From Candidatus Cloacimonadales bacterium (GTDB lineage Bacteria; Cloacimonadota; Cloacimonadia; Cloacimonadales; JAIOQZ01), in NCBI GenBank assembly GCA_963662655.2, contig CAXXTU010000002.1:3232001-3296000 (forward strand): DNA of 64,000 nucleotides, read 5' to 3'. Below are positions 8,578 through 18,300 of the stretch, one piece after another (the first letter of the stretch is position 1; every line of letters starts with the position of its first letter). The notes beneath the pieces were generated by a model. It was not told where the DNA came from, ran no database searches, and saw nothing but the letters and a program-made list of their open reading frames with translations. Position numbers and translations under genes: made by a program.

Positions 8578-10944
8578 ATGACGTTGTTTGAAGCTGCGAG
8601 AAATGAAGTTGCGTCGCTGACCGGCCGCAAACGCCTGGTCGGTTTGTATATGAGATTCAAGGAGTTTCTGGAAGAGCGCGAAGAAGAGATGACGGAGCTT
8701 GCCGGGACTTTTTGCGATGAATCCGTCGAGGATCCTCAGGAGCAGGCGGACCGGTTGTTTCTGCTGACGCTGGTCAGCTTCAACGCGGAGGATGACCGGA
8801 AGGTCGAGATGTATGTTACCCGTGCGAAGGAAATCCTTTTCCGGATGGGCGAAGACGATCAGGCGTACGTGATGAACGATATCATGGTGGGTATTCATAC
8901 AGATGCGCAGGAATACAAGACCGTAATCCCCTACGCGCTCGAGAGCCTCAGGAATTACGAAAAGCTGAACGACGAATACCGCCTTGCACAGGTGTTGAAC
9001 AACCTTGGAATTTCCTATTCGAGCCTGAATCGTTTCTCTGATGCCCTGCCCGTGCTTAATCGTGGGCTCGCCTTGAATCTGAAGAACAACGAACCTGATA
9101 TCGTCAATTCATACAATAACATAGCGAGCCTTTACCTGCGTGTGCGGCTGTACAACAAAGCTCTCGCAACCTACAAACTTGCGTTGGAAGCATGCGAGAA
9201 ATTCGGGCTTGAAGCCATGGAATACATCGTGCTGAACAATATTGCCAACATCAATACGGACCTGGAGAACTACTCCGAGGCATTGCAGTATTACCGGCAA
9301 GCACTTCAGAAATGCGGTAACGACTACAGAAACATGGCGATTACAATCAACAACATTGGTATGGTCTTCTATTTTCAAGAGAAGTACAGCGATGCGATCG
9401 AGAACTTCGAGAAATCGCTCAAAATATGCCAGGAAAAACGCTTCTCCTATACCGAAGCGAAGAACCTGTACAACATTGGACACACCCATACGAAGATGAA
9501 TCGTTTCGACGAGGCCCGCACTCTTCTGCTGGAGGCTCGCCCGATGGTGGAAAACACGGGAGACTTACGGCTTCTGGCTGATGTCGATATTGCCCTTGCC
9601 GAATTGAACACTGCTACCAAACGCTATGATGAAGCGCTCGCGATCCTGGAGGATGTCTATCGCCGTCCCCATGACGAGTACAAGGATGTGGTCAATGTTG
9701 ATAAAGCATTTATCATGCTATACCGTGAGACGGATGACATAGAAAAACTGGCATTTTATCAAAGTAAGCTTCTTGAAAAATATGAGCAGAGGCACGAGAA
9801 AGATTTCACGCAACTGGTTGCCGAGATGCAAGTCGCGCTGGACTTGGAATTGAAGGAAAAAGAAGCCGAAATGCAGCGCCAGAAAGCGCTTGAGTTGCAG
9901 AAGAAGAACCAGGAGATTCTCGAGCAGAAGCATAAGCTTGAGAGGACCCTCGAAGAGCTTCACAAATCGGAGATCAGCTACGAGTTCCTGCAAAAGGAAT
10001 ACAAAGATCAGCTCGGTTCGATGATCATCGGCGAAAGCGAACCCATGCGGAGGCTTCACTCGCTCATCAGCATGGTTGCCGCAGCAAATGACACCTCGGT
10101 TCTTATTACCGGCGAGACCGGAACCGGCAAGGAGCTGGTGGCGAGGGCGATTCACGAATTGAGCAGCCGAAAGCGCCGCACCTTCTGCGCGGTTAACGCT
10201 TCGAGTATCCCCGAAACTTTGTTCGAAAGCGAGTTTTTCGGCTATCGCAAGAATGCCTTCACGGGAGCCGACCGCGACAAGGCCGGCTGGTTCGAGATCG
10301 CGAATGAGGGGACGCTGTTCCTGGACGAAGTAGGCACCTGGCGGTACGACATCCAGTCCAAGTTCCTGCGAGTGCTGGAGAGTCGCAAGATCGTTCCCGT
10401 GGGGGGAGACCGCGAGATATCCGTCGATTTCAGACTCATCAGCGCCACAAACGACGATCTCCAATGCATGATACAGGACAACGGCTTCCGTGCGGACCTG
10501 TACTACCGGCTTTCATCGTTCATCATCAACATTCCGCCCCTTCGCGAGCGGATCGAGGACATCCCGCCGTTGCTCGAACACTATGTGAACTACTTCAACC
10601 AGCGCATGAACAAGAAGATTACGCGCATCGAAAAGCAGGTGGAAGACGCGTTGTCCCAGTACACGTTCCCGGGGAACGTGCGTGAGCTGAAAAACATGAT
10701 CGAGCACGCCATGATCATCTCGAACACTTCGACTTTACGTCTGTCTTCATTTTCCATCCCGCAGCAACAGGCTTTTGACGATATCGTCATTCCATTGGAT
10801 GAACATGAGAAGTCGATGATTCTCAAGGCCCTGAAGCAGACGAAGTACCATCAGAGCAACGCTGCGGAGCTGTTGGGCCTCACGCCGAAATCGATGGAGC
10901 GGCGCATGAAAAAGTACAATATCGTCAAACCTAAAAGGCGATAA
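8578..10944 (+). CDS. TPR-containing sigma54-dependent transcriptional activator (bEBP, Fis-type HTH)
   Basis: Multiple TPRs (LNNLG, YNNIA, INNIG); GETGTGKE, ESEFFG, NAFTGA (GAFTGA variant), LFLDEV, FPGNVREL; C-terminal HTH. Confidence 0.92.
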   Translation: MTLFEAARNEVASLTGRKRLVGLYMRFKEFLEEREEEMTELAGTFCDESVEDPQEQADRLFLLTLVSFNAEDDRKVEMYVTRAKEILFRMGEDDQAYVMNDIMVGIHTDAQEYKTVIPYALESLRNYEKLNDEYRLAQVLNNLGISYSSLNRFSDALPVLNRGLALNLKNNEPDIVNSYNNIASLYLRVRLYNKALATYKLALEACEKFGLEAMEYIVLNNIANINTDLENYSEALQYYRQALQKCGNDYRNMAITINNIGMVFYFQEKYSDAIENFEKSLKICQEKRFSYTEAKNLYNIGHTHTKMNRFDEARTLLLEARPMVENTGDLRLLADVDIALAELNTATKRYDEALAILEDVYRRPHDEYKDVVNVDKAFIMLYRETDDIEKLAFYQSKLLEKYEQRHEKDFTQLVAEMQVALDLELKEKEAEMQRQKALELQKKNQEILEQKHKLERTLEELHKSEISYEFLQKEYKDQLGSMIIGESEPMRRLHSLISMVAAANDTSVLITGETGTGKELVARAIHELSSRKRRTFCAVNASSIPETLFESEFFGYRKNAFTGADRDKAGWFEIANEGTLFLDEVGTWRYDIQSKFLRVLESRKIVPVGGDREISVDFRLISATNDDLQCMIQDNGFRADLYYRLSSFIINIPPLRERIEDIPPLLEHYVNYFNQRMNKKITRIEKQVEDALSQYTFPGNVRELKNMIEHAMIISNTSTLRLSSFSIPQQQAFDDIVIPLDEHEKSMILKALKQTKYHQSNAAELLGLTPKSMERRMKKYNIVKPKRR

Positions 10945-10960
10945 TTGACGATTTCGTCAA
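10945..10960. promoter_or_regulatory. Palindromic candidate upstream activator sequence
   Basis: TTGACGA-TT-TCGTCAA perfect inverted repeat about 85-100 bp upstream of the -24/-12 element. Confidence 0.55.
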
Positions 10961-11043
10961 AAACGGGTCATTTTACGAATCTTTCTTCCTCACAAAACTA
11001 CCGAAAATCTTCTATCTTGCATAAATACAACATATTGCGTTAA

Positions 11044-11059
11044 TGGTACAGGTCATGCA
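11044..11059 (+). promoter_or_regulatory. Sigma54 (-24/-12) promoter
   Basis: TGGTACAGGTCATGCA = GG-N10-GC, close to the TGGCAC-N5-TTGCW consensus; just downstream of a bEBP gene and upstream of an AAGGAG RBS. Confidence 0.7.
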
Positions 11060-11084
11060 TTAATACTTGATAAAGGAGTATACT

Positions 11085-11423
11085 ATGCATGTCCTGCTGT
11101 TCAATTGTCCCGGAAGCACGGTTGAGGAAACAACCGAGCTGCTACAGATTTCGGAAGTGAATGTCTACCTGGCAGTCTCGCAGAGTGATGTCTTGCGCAT
11201 CTTGAATTCAACACGGATCGACGTGGCTGTGCTATCGATCCCGGATTTGGAAAAACGTCTCCTGAAGCTGCTGCATTCCTTTACGGAAACACAATTCTAT
11301 CTGTACGGGGCTCCACCCGCATCGCTGGCAAGCTACAAGAATCTGCACGCCGTTAATGACGGAAGTTACATCCCGGCGTTTCGTAATTTTCTTATGCCTC
11401 ACAATATTGAAGCAACATCATGA
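11085..11423 (+). CDS. Small hypothetical protein, degenerate receiver-like (alpha/beta) pattern
   Basis: AAGGAG RBS; MHVLLFN...IDVAVLS pattern recalls REC but the acidic pocket is missing. Confidence 0.55.
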   Translation: MHVLLFNCPGSTVEETTELLQISEVNVYLAVSQSDVLRILNSTRIDVAVLSIPDLEKRLLKLLHSFTETQFYLYGAPPASLASYKNLHAVNDGSYIPAFRNFLMPHNIEATS

Positions 11424-11482
11424 TAAAATCATACAAAAGAATAAAGAGCATCTCAATTCAAACCTGCAGTTAAGGAGTAAGC

Positions 11483-14400
11483 ATGCGCATACGAGTTTTT
11501 TATATTCTAACAATTTTCATCTCGATCCTTCAGCTTTCCGCCTTCGCCGGTGGCGACGGCTCCGAAGGTAATCCCTATCAAGTGAGTACGCTTGACGAGT
11601 TGCAGGAAACTGGTCATTACTCTTACCGATACAAGCATTTCATTCAGATTAACGACATCGATGCAAGCCCCACGGCTACCTGGAACGACGGTGACGGCTT
11701 TGTTCCCATCGGCTACTACTCCAACAAGTTTGCAGGCAGCTTCGACGGCCAGGGATTCGTTATCGACGGGCTCTACAGTCACGGTTATTACGCCGATGGG
11801 TTGTTTGGCGTCACGGAAAATGCAACACTATCCAACATCATCCTGACCAACTGCACGATCATCGGCAATGAAGAGAGGCCCAGCGGTGGGCTTGTCGCGC
11901 ACATGCAGGGCGGAAGTATCACCGGCTGTATCGTAACCGGAAGTGTCACGGGAGAAGATAGCATTGGTGGAATTGCCGGAGAACTGGAAGGCGGCGAAAT
12001 CTCCCTGAGCTACAGCGATGTAATCGTTAGCACCATCGAGTACAGTTGCTGGGCCGGTGGTCTGGTCGGATATTCTTCGAATTTTGCCACGATTACCGAC
12101 TGCTATGCACGGGGCCCCGTCACGAGCCAGGAAGGAACTGTCGGCGGACTCGTGGGCTATCTGACAGGAACCACGGTCACACGTTGTTACAGCTCCGGAC
12201 TTGTAACCTCTTCGAGTACCACTTCTGGCGGATTGGTTGGAAGTAGCTCGCAAGCCGTAGTGGAAGTCTCGTTCTGGGACATCGAAACCAGCGGCAAGGA
12301 CACGAGCGCGGAAGGAACCGGCATGACCACCGCTGCAATGAAGGATCCTGTAACGTACTTCGGTGCTTGCTGGGATTTTGTCAGTGAAACCCTCAATGGT
12401 ACCGAAGATGTGTGGGACATGGATCAGAGCGGAAACGTGCATGGCGGATATCCATATCTCAATTGGGAAGACGGCGCAACCGAGTATCTGCAACCCCATA
12501 CACTGGTCGGATCGGGTACCGAGGCAAATCCCTTTCGCGTATCGGGTATTATGGACCTCTGGTGGTTATCGACGAACTCGGATCTATGGGACAAACACTT
12601 TGTGCAAACGACCGACCTCGACCTCAGCTCCACCCGCGAGTGGAATGACGGCGACGGCTTCAAACCTATCGGCGATGCTACAGTATATTTCACCGGGTCT
12701 TACAACGGCCAAAATTTTCATGTTGATAATCTATTTATCGACCGCGACACGGACGAAAACGGATTGTTTGGGAAGGTAGGCGCAGGAGAGATATCGAACC
12801 TGCAAGTATTGAACTGCGATATAACGGGTGCGTTCCGCACTGCAGCGGTTGTTGCTTATTGTAACGGCGGTACGATAACGAATTGCTATTCAACCGGAAC
12901 AGTCAGCACAAGAAACGGTGGCGGCGGAATCACGGGCCGAATCGTCGGAACGCTTGTAGATCAATGTGCAACGACGGTGGAGGTCAGCTCTTATTCTGAC
13001 GGTTCGTATTGTGGCGGCCTTGTCGGCGGCGCTATCGAGAGTAGTACGATTACAAACTCAAATGCGCTCGGAAGCGTCAGTGGCGATAGTCGGTGCGGTG
13101 GCCTGGTCGGAACGCTGGAAGGTTCCACGGTCGAAAACTGTTATGCTCATGGAAGCGTTCGTGGCGTTAGTCAATGCGGCGGTTTGGTTGGAACCTTTGA
13201 AGATTCGACAGTCGAAAACTGTTATGCGCTTGGAGGCGTCAGTGGCGAAAGCCAGTGCGGCGGTTTGGTTGGATCGCTGGAAGATTCGACGATCGAAAAG
13301 TGTTTCAGCGCTGGTTCAATCACTGCAAATGAGACTGTCGGTGGACTGGTTGGGTACGTTGCAGGAACCAACAATATAACGGGTTGCTTCTGGGATACGG
13401 AAACATCCGGGCAATCAACCAGCGAGGGAGGCGAAGGAAAAACGACTGCCGAGATGAAATATCTATATATGTATCACGGCGCTGGCTGGGACCTCGTGGC
13501 GGAAACGAGAAACGGAACCGCCAACACCTGGGATATCGACTTGAGCGGCACGGTAAACGACGGTTATCCCTTCCTCTCCTGGCAAGATGGAGATGTCGAA
13601 CTACTCGGCGGACCGAGTGGTTCGGGTACGAGCTCCGCCCCCTACCTCGTCGCTACCCTGTACGACCTCTACTGGATGGGTGCGAACAGCAACAAATGGA
13701 GCAAGCACTATCTTCAAACCGCCGATATTGACGCCACCGATACCGCAAACTGGTACGACAGTACGGGATTCTATCCGATCGGATCGACTTATTTCTCATG
13801 TTTCTCTGGTGAATATAATGGACAGGGGTATTCAGTAAACGGGCTGTTCATTCACGGGAGTAGTCGGGAATACGTAGGTCTCTTCGGATATGCCAGAAAC
13901 GCAACGATCAGAAATGTGATGGTGATCGAAGTCGATATACAAGACAGCGGATGCGCTGGCGCTCTTGCCGGAAGCGCTTATAACTGCACAATAAACGACT
14001 GTCAAAGCAGCGGTACGGTTGAGTCGTACGAAGCCGGTGGGTTAATTGGAAGGCTGATGGGCTCAACGCTCACCCGTTGTTCCAGTTCGGCGTATGTGAA
14101 TGGATCGGATGGCGCAGAGAACGCCAATGGCGCTGGCGGACTCATATTCAGCATCTCCGAATCTACAGTCCGCCATTCTTATGCGACGGGCGATGTGGAT
14201 TGTTATAGTATTGCCGGAGGGTTAACTTGTTCTCTATCCAACGGCGATATATACGATTGCTTCAGCACTGGAAATGTGGACGGGTTATGGAGCGGGGGTC
14301 TGGTTGGCAAAAACAGTGGTGAAATCTATTATTGTTACAGCACGGGCTCCGTTGCCGACGATCTCTGTGAAGGAGGCCTTGTCGCCTTCGATAATGGTGG

Positions 14401-15310
14401 ATGCGTTACCGGATCGTTCTGGGACATCGAGACATCGGGAAGAAGCGCGAGTGCTGGCGGAACGGGGCTCACGACCACCGAGATGCAGACGGTTTCTACC
14501 TACCTCGACGCCGGTTGGGACATGGCCGGAGAGGCGTTGAACGGTACCGAGGACATCTGGATTCTGCTGCCCGACCAATATCCTTCCTTTACGAACAACT
14601 ACATTGCGCCGGTCATTACGGTGGTAAAAGACGTTCCGGGCGACCAGGGGCACCAGCTCGAATTGGCCTGGAATTCTTGCGAGTTCGACACCTTCTATAA
14701 TCCCAGTCAGTTCTACGTGCTGTGGAGGCTGGCTGGCAATACCCGCGCCATTGCGCATGATGCCGTTATCATCGACCATCCTGTCGATTTCATCACGCCC
14801 GAGGAAGACGATACGCGCCCCATCATCCTGCAGGATCGCGATCAGTATTGGAGCTATGTGGTGACGGTCCCGGCATCGGCATTTCCCGTTTACGGCTACG
14901 TAGCGCCCACAGTGGTCGATTCCTGCGCCGCGATGACAGCCGCCGAATACACCTCTACCTACAAGGTAATCTTTTACTTCGAAGATGGATACCTCTCGTC
15001 GCAGTCCGTATCCGGTTACTCCGTAGATAATGTTTCCCCGTATGCCACATCGGGTGTAACGCTGGCATTGGGCAATACCCGCACCAGCTCAGCTACGCTT
15101 CGCTGGGACGAAGTCACCGAAGGCGGCTTTGGCGGCAATAGCTATCCTGAGTTAAATGGCGTCTGGTATCGCGTATATGCCGGTGATACACCCGATTTTC
15201 AATGTAACGAATCGACGTTGTTTCAGACAACAAGAAACACAAGTATCGAAGTCGATCCGGCAGATGCAGCAAGAAGATTTTTCAAGATCGTGGTGAGCGA
15301 TCAGCAATAA
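11483..15310 (+). CDS. Secreted GLUG-motif repeat surface protein (3 modules + conserved C-terminal domains)
   Basis: Signal peptide + FAGGDGS..PYQV; repeated GGLVG and FWDxETSG motifs; ends RRFFKIVVSDQQ. Confidence 0.88.
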   Translation: MRIRVFYILTIFISILQLSAFAGGDGSEGNPYQVSTLDELQETGHYSYRYKHFIQINDIDASPTATWNDGDGFVPIGYYSNKFAGSFDGQGFVIDGLYSHGYYADGLFGVTENATLSNIILTNCTIIGNEERPSGGLVAHMQGGSITGCIVTGSVTGEDSIGGIAGELEGGEISLSYSDVIVSTIEYSCWAGGLVGYSSNFATITDCYARGPVTSQEGTVGGLVGYLTGTTVTRCYSSGLVTSSSTTSGGLVGSSSQAVVEVSFWDIETSGKDTSAEGTGMTTAAMKDPVTYFGACWDFVSETLNGTEDVWDMDQSGNVHGGYPYLNWEDGATEYLQPHTLVGSGTEANPFRVSGIMDLWWLSTNSDLWDKHFVQTTDLDLSSTREWNDGDGFKPIGDATVYFTGSYNGQNFHVDNLFIDRDTDENGLFGKVGAGEISNLQVLNCDITGAFRTAAVVAYCNGGTITNCYSTGTVSTRNGGGGITGRIVGTLVDQCATTVEVSSYSDGSYCGGLVGGAIESSTITNSNALGSVSGDSRCGGLVGTLEGSTVENCYAHGSVRGVSQCGGLVGTFEDSTVENCYALGGVSGESQCGGLVGSLEDSTIEKCFSAGSITANETVGGLVGYVAGTNNITGCFWDTETSGQSTSEGGEGKTTAEMKYLYMYHGAGWDLVAETRNGTANTWDIDLSGTVNDGYPFLSWQDGDVELLGGPSGSGTSSAPYLVATLYDLYWMGANSNKWSKHYLQTADIDATDTANWYDSTGFYPIGSTYFSCFSGEYNGQGYSVNGLFIHGSSREYVGLFGYARNATIRNVMVIEVDIQDSGCAGALAGSAYNCTINDCQSSGTVESYEAGGLIGRLMGSTLTRCSSSAYVNGSDGAENANGAGGLIFSISESTVRHSYATGDVDCYSIAGGLTCSLSNGDIYDCFSTGNVDGLWSGGLVGKNSGEIYYCYSTGSVADDLCEGGLVAFDNGGCVTGSFWDIETSGRSASAGGTGLTTTEMQTVSTYLDAGWDMAGEALNGTEDIWILLPDQYPSFTNNYIAPVITVVKDVPGDQGHQLELAWNSCEFDTFYNPSQFYVLWRLAGNTRAIAHDAVIIDHPVDFITPEEDDTRPIILQDRDQYWSYVVTVPASAFPVYGYVAPTVVDSCAAMTAAEYTSTYKVIFYFEDGYLSSQSVSGYSVDNVSPYATSGVTLALGNTRTSSATLRWDEVTEGGFGGNSYPELNGVWYRVYAGDTPDFQCNESTLFQTTRNTSIEVDPADAARRFFKIVVSDQQ
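13049..13300 (+). repeat. 81-bp in-frame tandem repeat (27 aa, about 3 copies) inside GLUG gene 1
   Basis: gtcgaaaactgttatgc at 13130 and 13211, atcgaaaagtgtt at 13292; unit STVENCYAxGxVxGxSQCGGLVGxxED. Confidence 0.75.
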
Positions 15311-15323
15311 TTGGGAGAGAAAC

Positions 15324-18300
15324 ATGAGATTCAGAACATTTCTTTTTATCAGCATCTTCGTCTTTTCAGTGAACCTTTTTGCCTTCGCAGGCGGAGACGG
15401 CTCGGAGGGAAATCCCTATCAGGTCAGCACCGTTAACGATCTTCAGGATTGCCAGAACTTCCTTACTTCGCATTTTATCCAGATTTGCGATATCGACGCA
15501 AGTGAAACATCCGGCTGGAACGATGGTGCCGGCTTCAGCCCCATCGGCGATGATTCGAATATGTTTCGCGGATATTACGATGGCCAGGGATACACGATCG
15601 ACGGGCTGTACATCGATCGTCCGAGTAGAAATTACACCGGCTTCTTCGGCAAGGTGAGAAATTGTGAATTACAAAATATCCGATTCGAAAATTGCAGCAT
15701 TACCGGAGCGATGTGCGTGGGAGCACTGGCAGGTGATGGCAGTAATATCTACGTTTCCGGCTGCTATGTCGATGGCACCGTATCGGGAAGTGAATATGTG
15801 GGATCCGTTGTTGGACATACTGGTGATGATTCATTGATTCAAAACTGCTCAAGCAATGGCTCTGCAACATCATCCGGTAGACAGGTGGCCGGAATCACCG
15901 CCTACTTGGGGCAGCTTTCATCCATCAAAAGGTGTTGTAATACGGCGCAGGTATATAGTCCGTCACGATGTGGTGGTATTGCTGGATTGTGTGCAGGCAA
16001 TTCAAGCATCCAATGCTGCTATAATACAGGAGCAATCATTGGGGATAGCATAATGGGCGGAATCGTCGGAAAAACATACGGAACAAGTTTCGTCCAGTGC
16101 TACAGTACAGGTTATGTATCGAGCGGTACGAATTCGGGGGGGCTGAGCGGACAGAGTTCGGGCTCGTCGTATAACGCTTGTTTCTGGAATGTGGAATCCT
16201 CCTATCAATCAACCAGTGCTGGCGGAATCGGACTGACGAGAGCGGAAATGAATACGCTATCGACCTACACCGACGCTGGTTGGGATTTCGTATCCGAGAC
16301 GGCCAACGGCACGAACGACTACTGGGATATGGATATATACGGCGATGCCTATTATCGTTATCCCAGTCTAGCGTGGGAAGACGGCGATGCGCAGTACCTC
16401 TATGTCCCCTCGGGATCCGGCATCGAATCGGATCCGTACCGGATCGAATCGATCGAGCACCTCGCATGGCTTTCGGCATCGATATCGGACTGGGATGCTT
16501 ATTTCATCCAGACATGTGACATCGACGCAGCCCCCGCAAGTAGCTGGCACGATGGCGAAGGTTTCTTCCCGATCGGAAATGTTGAAACCGCTTTTTCGGG
16601 CCACTACGACGGTCAGGGCTATGCAATCGACGGGCTGAATATCAACCGCCCCGACGATTACGATGTGGCGTTATTCGGCCGGATAAACGGCGGAGGCTCG
16701 ATCGAGAATCTCCACATGACCAACGTCGATATTACAGGCAATTCAACCGTGGGCGGGCTTGCGGGGTATATTGGGGAAGGCAGTCGTGTGAATGGCTGCT
16801 CGGTTACAGGTAACGTTACGGCACAATCCTATTCGGGACTACTGGTTGCCTCGGTTTATTCCGGCTCAACCGTTAGCGATTCCTGGGCGCAGGGTGTTCT
16901 GAACGTTGCCGGTGACTACGCGGGTGGTATTGCGTGCTCGATGTCCGATTCGTCATCCGTAGCTCGATGCTATACCGATGTCACGGTCAGCGGAGCCGAC
17001 TACGTCGGCGGACTTATCGGCAGGACGAGAGCCTCGGATGTCATCGACTGCTACAGCATGGGTTCCGCAACGGGCGAGAACGGTGTCGGCGGCTCGATCG
17101 GATATATCTTTGGCGGAACCCTCACCAACAGCTTCAGCACCGCGACTGTATCCGGTACAAGCATTGGCGCACGTAGCGGTGGTCTGATCGGTCTGACATA
17201 CGGAAGTACGGTACAGGATTGCTACGCCACCGGAGACGTGACGCAAAGCAATCAGGCAGGCGGATTGATCGGCTCTATCATGGATACGGATGTGATTCAC
17301 TGCTACAGCACGGGCAGCGTTGAATGCAATGGAGACTCTCACGGCGGCATGGTCGGCATCACGGACGAGCTTTCGGTCTGCACGGATTCGTTTTGGAACA
17401 CAGAGTCGTCCGGGCAGTCTGAAAGCCATGGCGGCGAAGGAAAAACGACTGCCGAGATGAAATCTCTCTACATGTATCATTCCTACGGATGGGACTTCGT
17501 GTCGGAACATTCGAACGGAACCGCGGATACGTGGGACATCGATTTGAACGGTTCCTGCAACGGCGGATACCCCGTTCTAAGCTGGGAAACGGGCGAACCT
17601 TATCTTGCCGGGCCTTCGGGTTCGGGTACGAGTTCGAGTCCATACCTCATAGAACAGCTTACAGATCTGTGGTGGATATCCGTGAACAACGATAAATGGT
17701 CGAAAGTCTATCTGCAAACTGCCGATATCGATGCCACCGATACAGCGAGCTGGTACCAGGGGAATGGGCTGCCACGGATCGGGATTTCATCAGGCAGTGC
17801 TTTCAGCGGTACGTACGACGGTGGCAATCATACAATCCGGAATCTTCACATGGTTAGCACGAATACCTGGGGCCTGGGCTTGTTTTCTTACTGTAATGGA
17901 GCGCATGTTCGCAACCTGGGTGTAATCGACGCGGATGTCGATGGATATTATAATGTCGGTGTCATCGCTGGGGATTTTCATTCTTCCACAATGGATCGTT
18001 GTTATGCTTCTGGACACACGGATGGATTTGGTGTGGTGGGAGGTGTCGTTGGTAAGGTCAGTAATTCTTCCATATCTGATAGCTACAATCATGCCACGGT
18101 TCATGGCGATTGGTCTGCAGGCGGCTTTGCGTCGTGGTGGGTCAACACTATTTACGATCGTACATTCACGAATTGCTACTCTATTGGTCGAGTCACCAGC
18201 AGCGGTACAAAAGGTGGCTTTTTGGGAAGTAACGACACGGGCAGGTCTCTACCAACCTGTTTCTGGGATACGGAGACATCGGGTCGAACGACCAGTGAAG

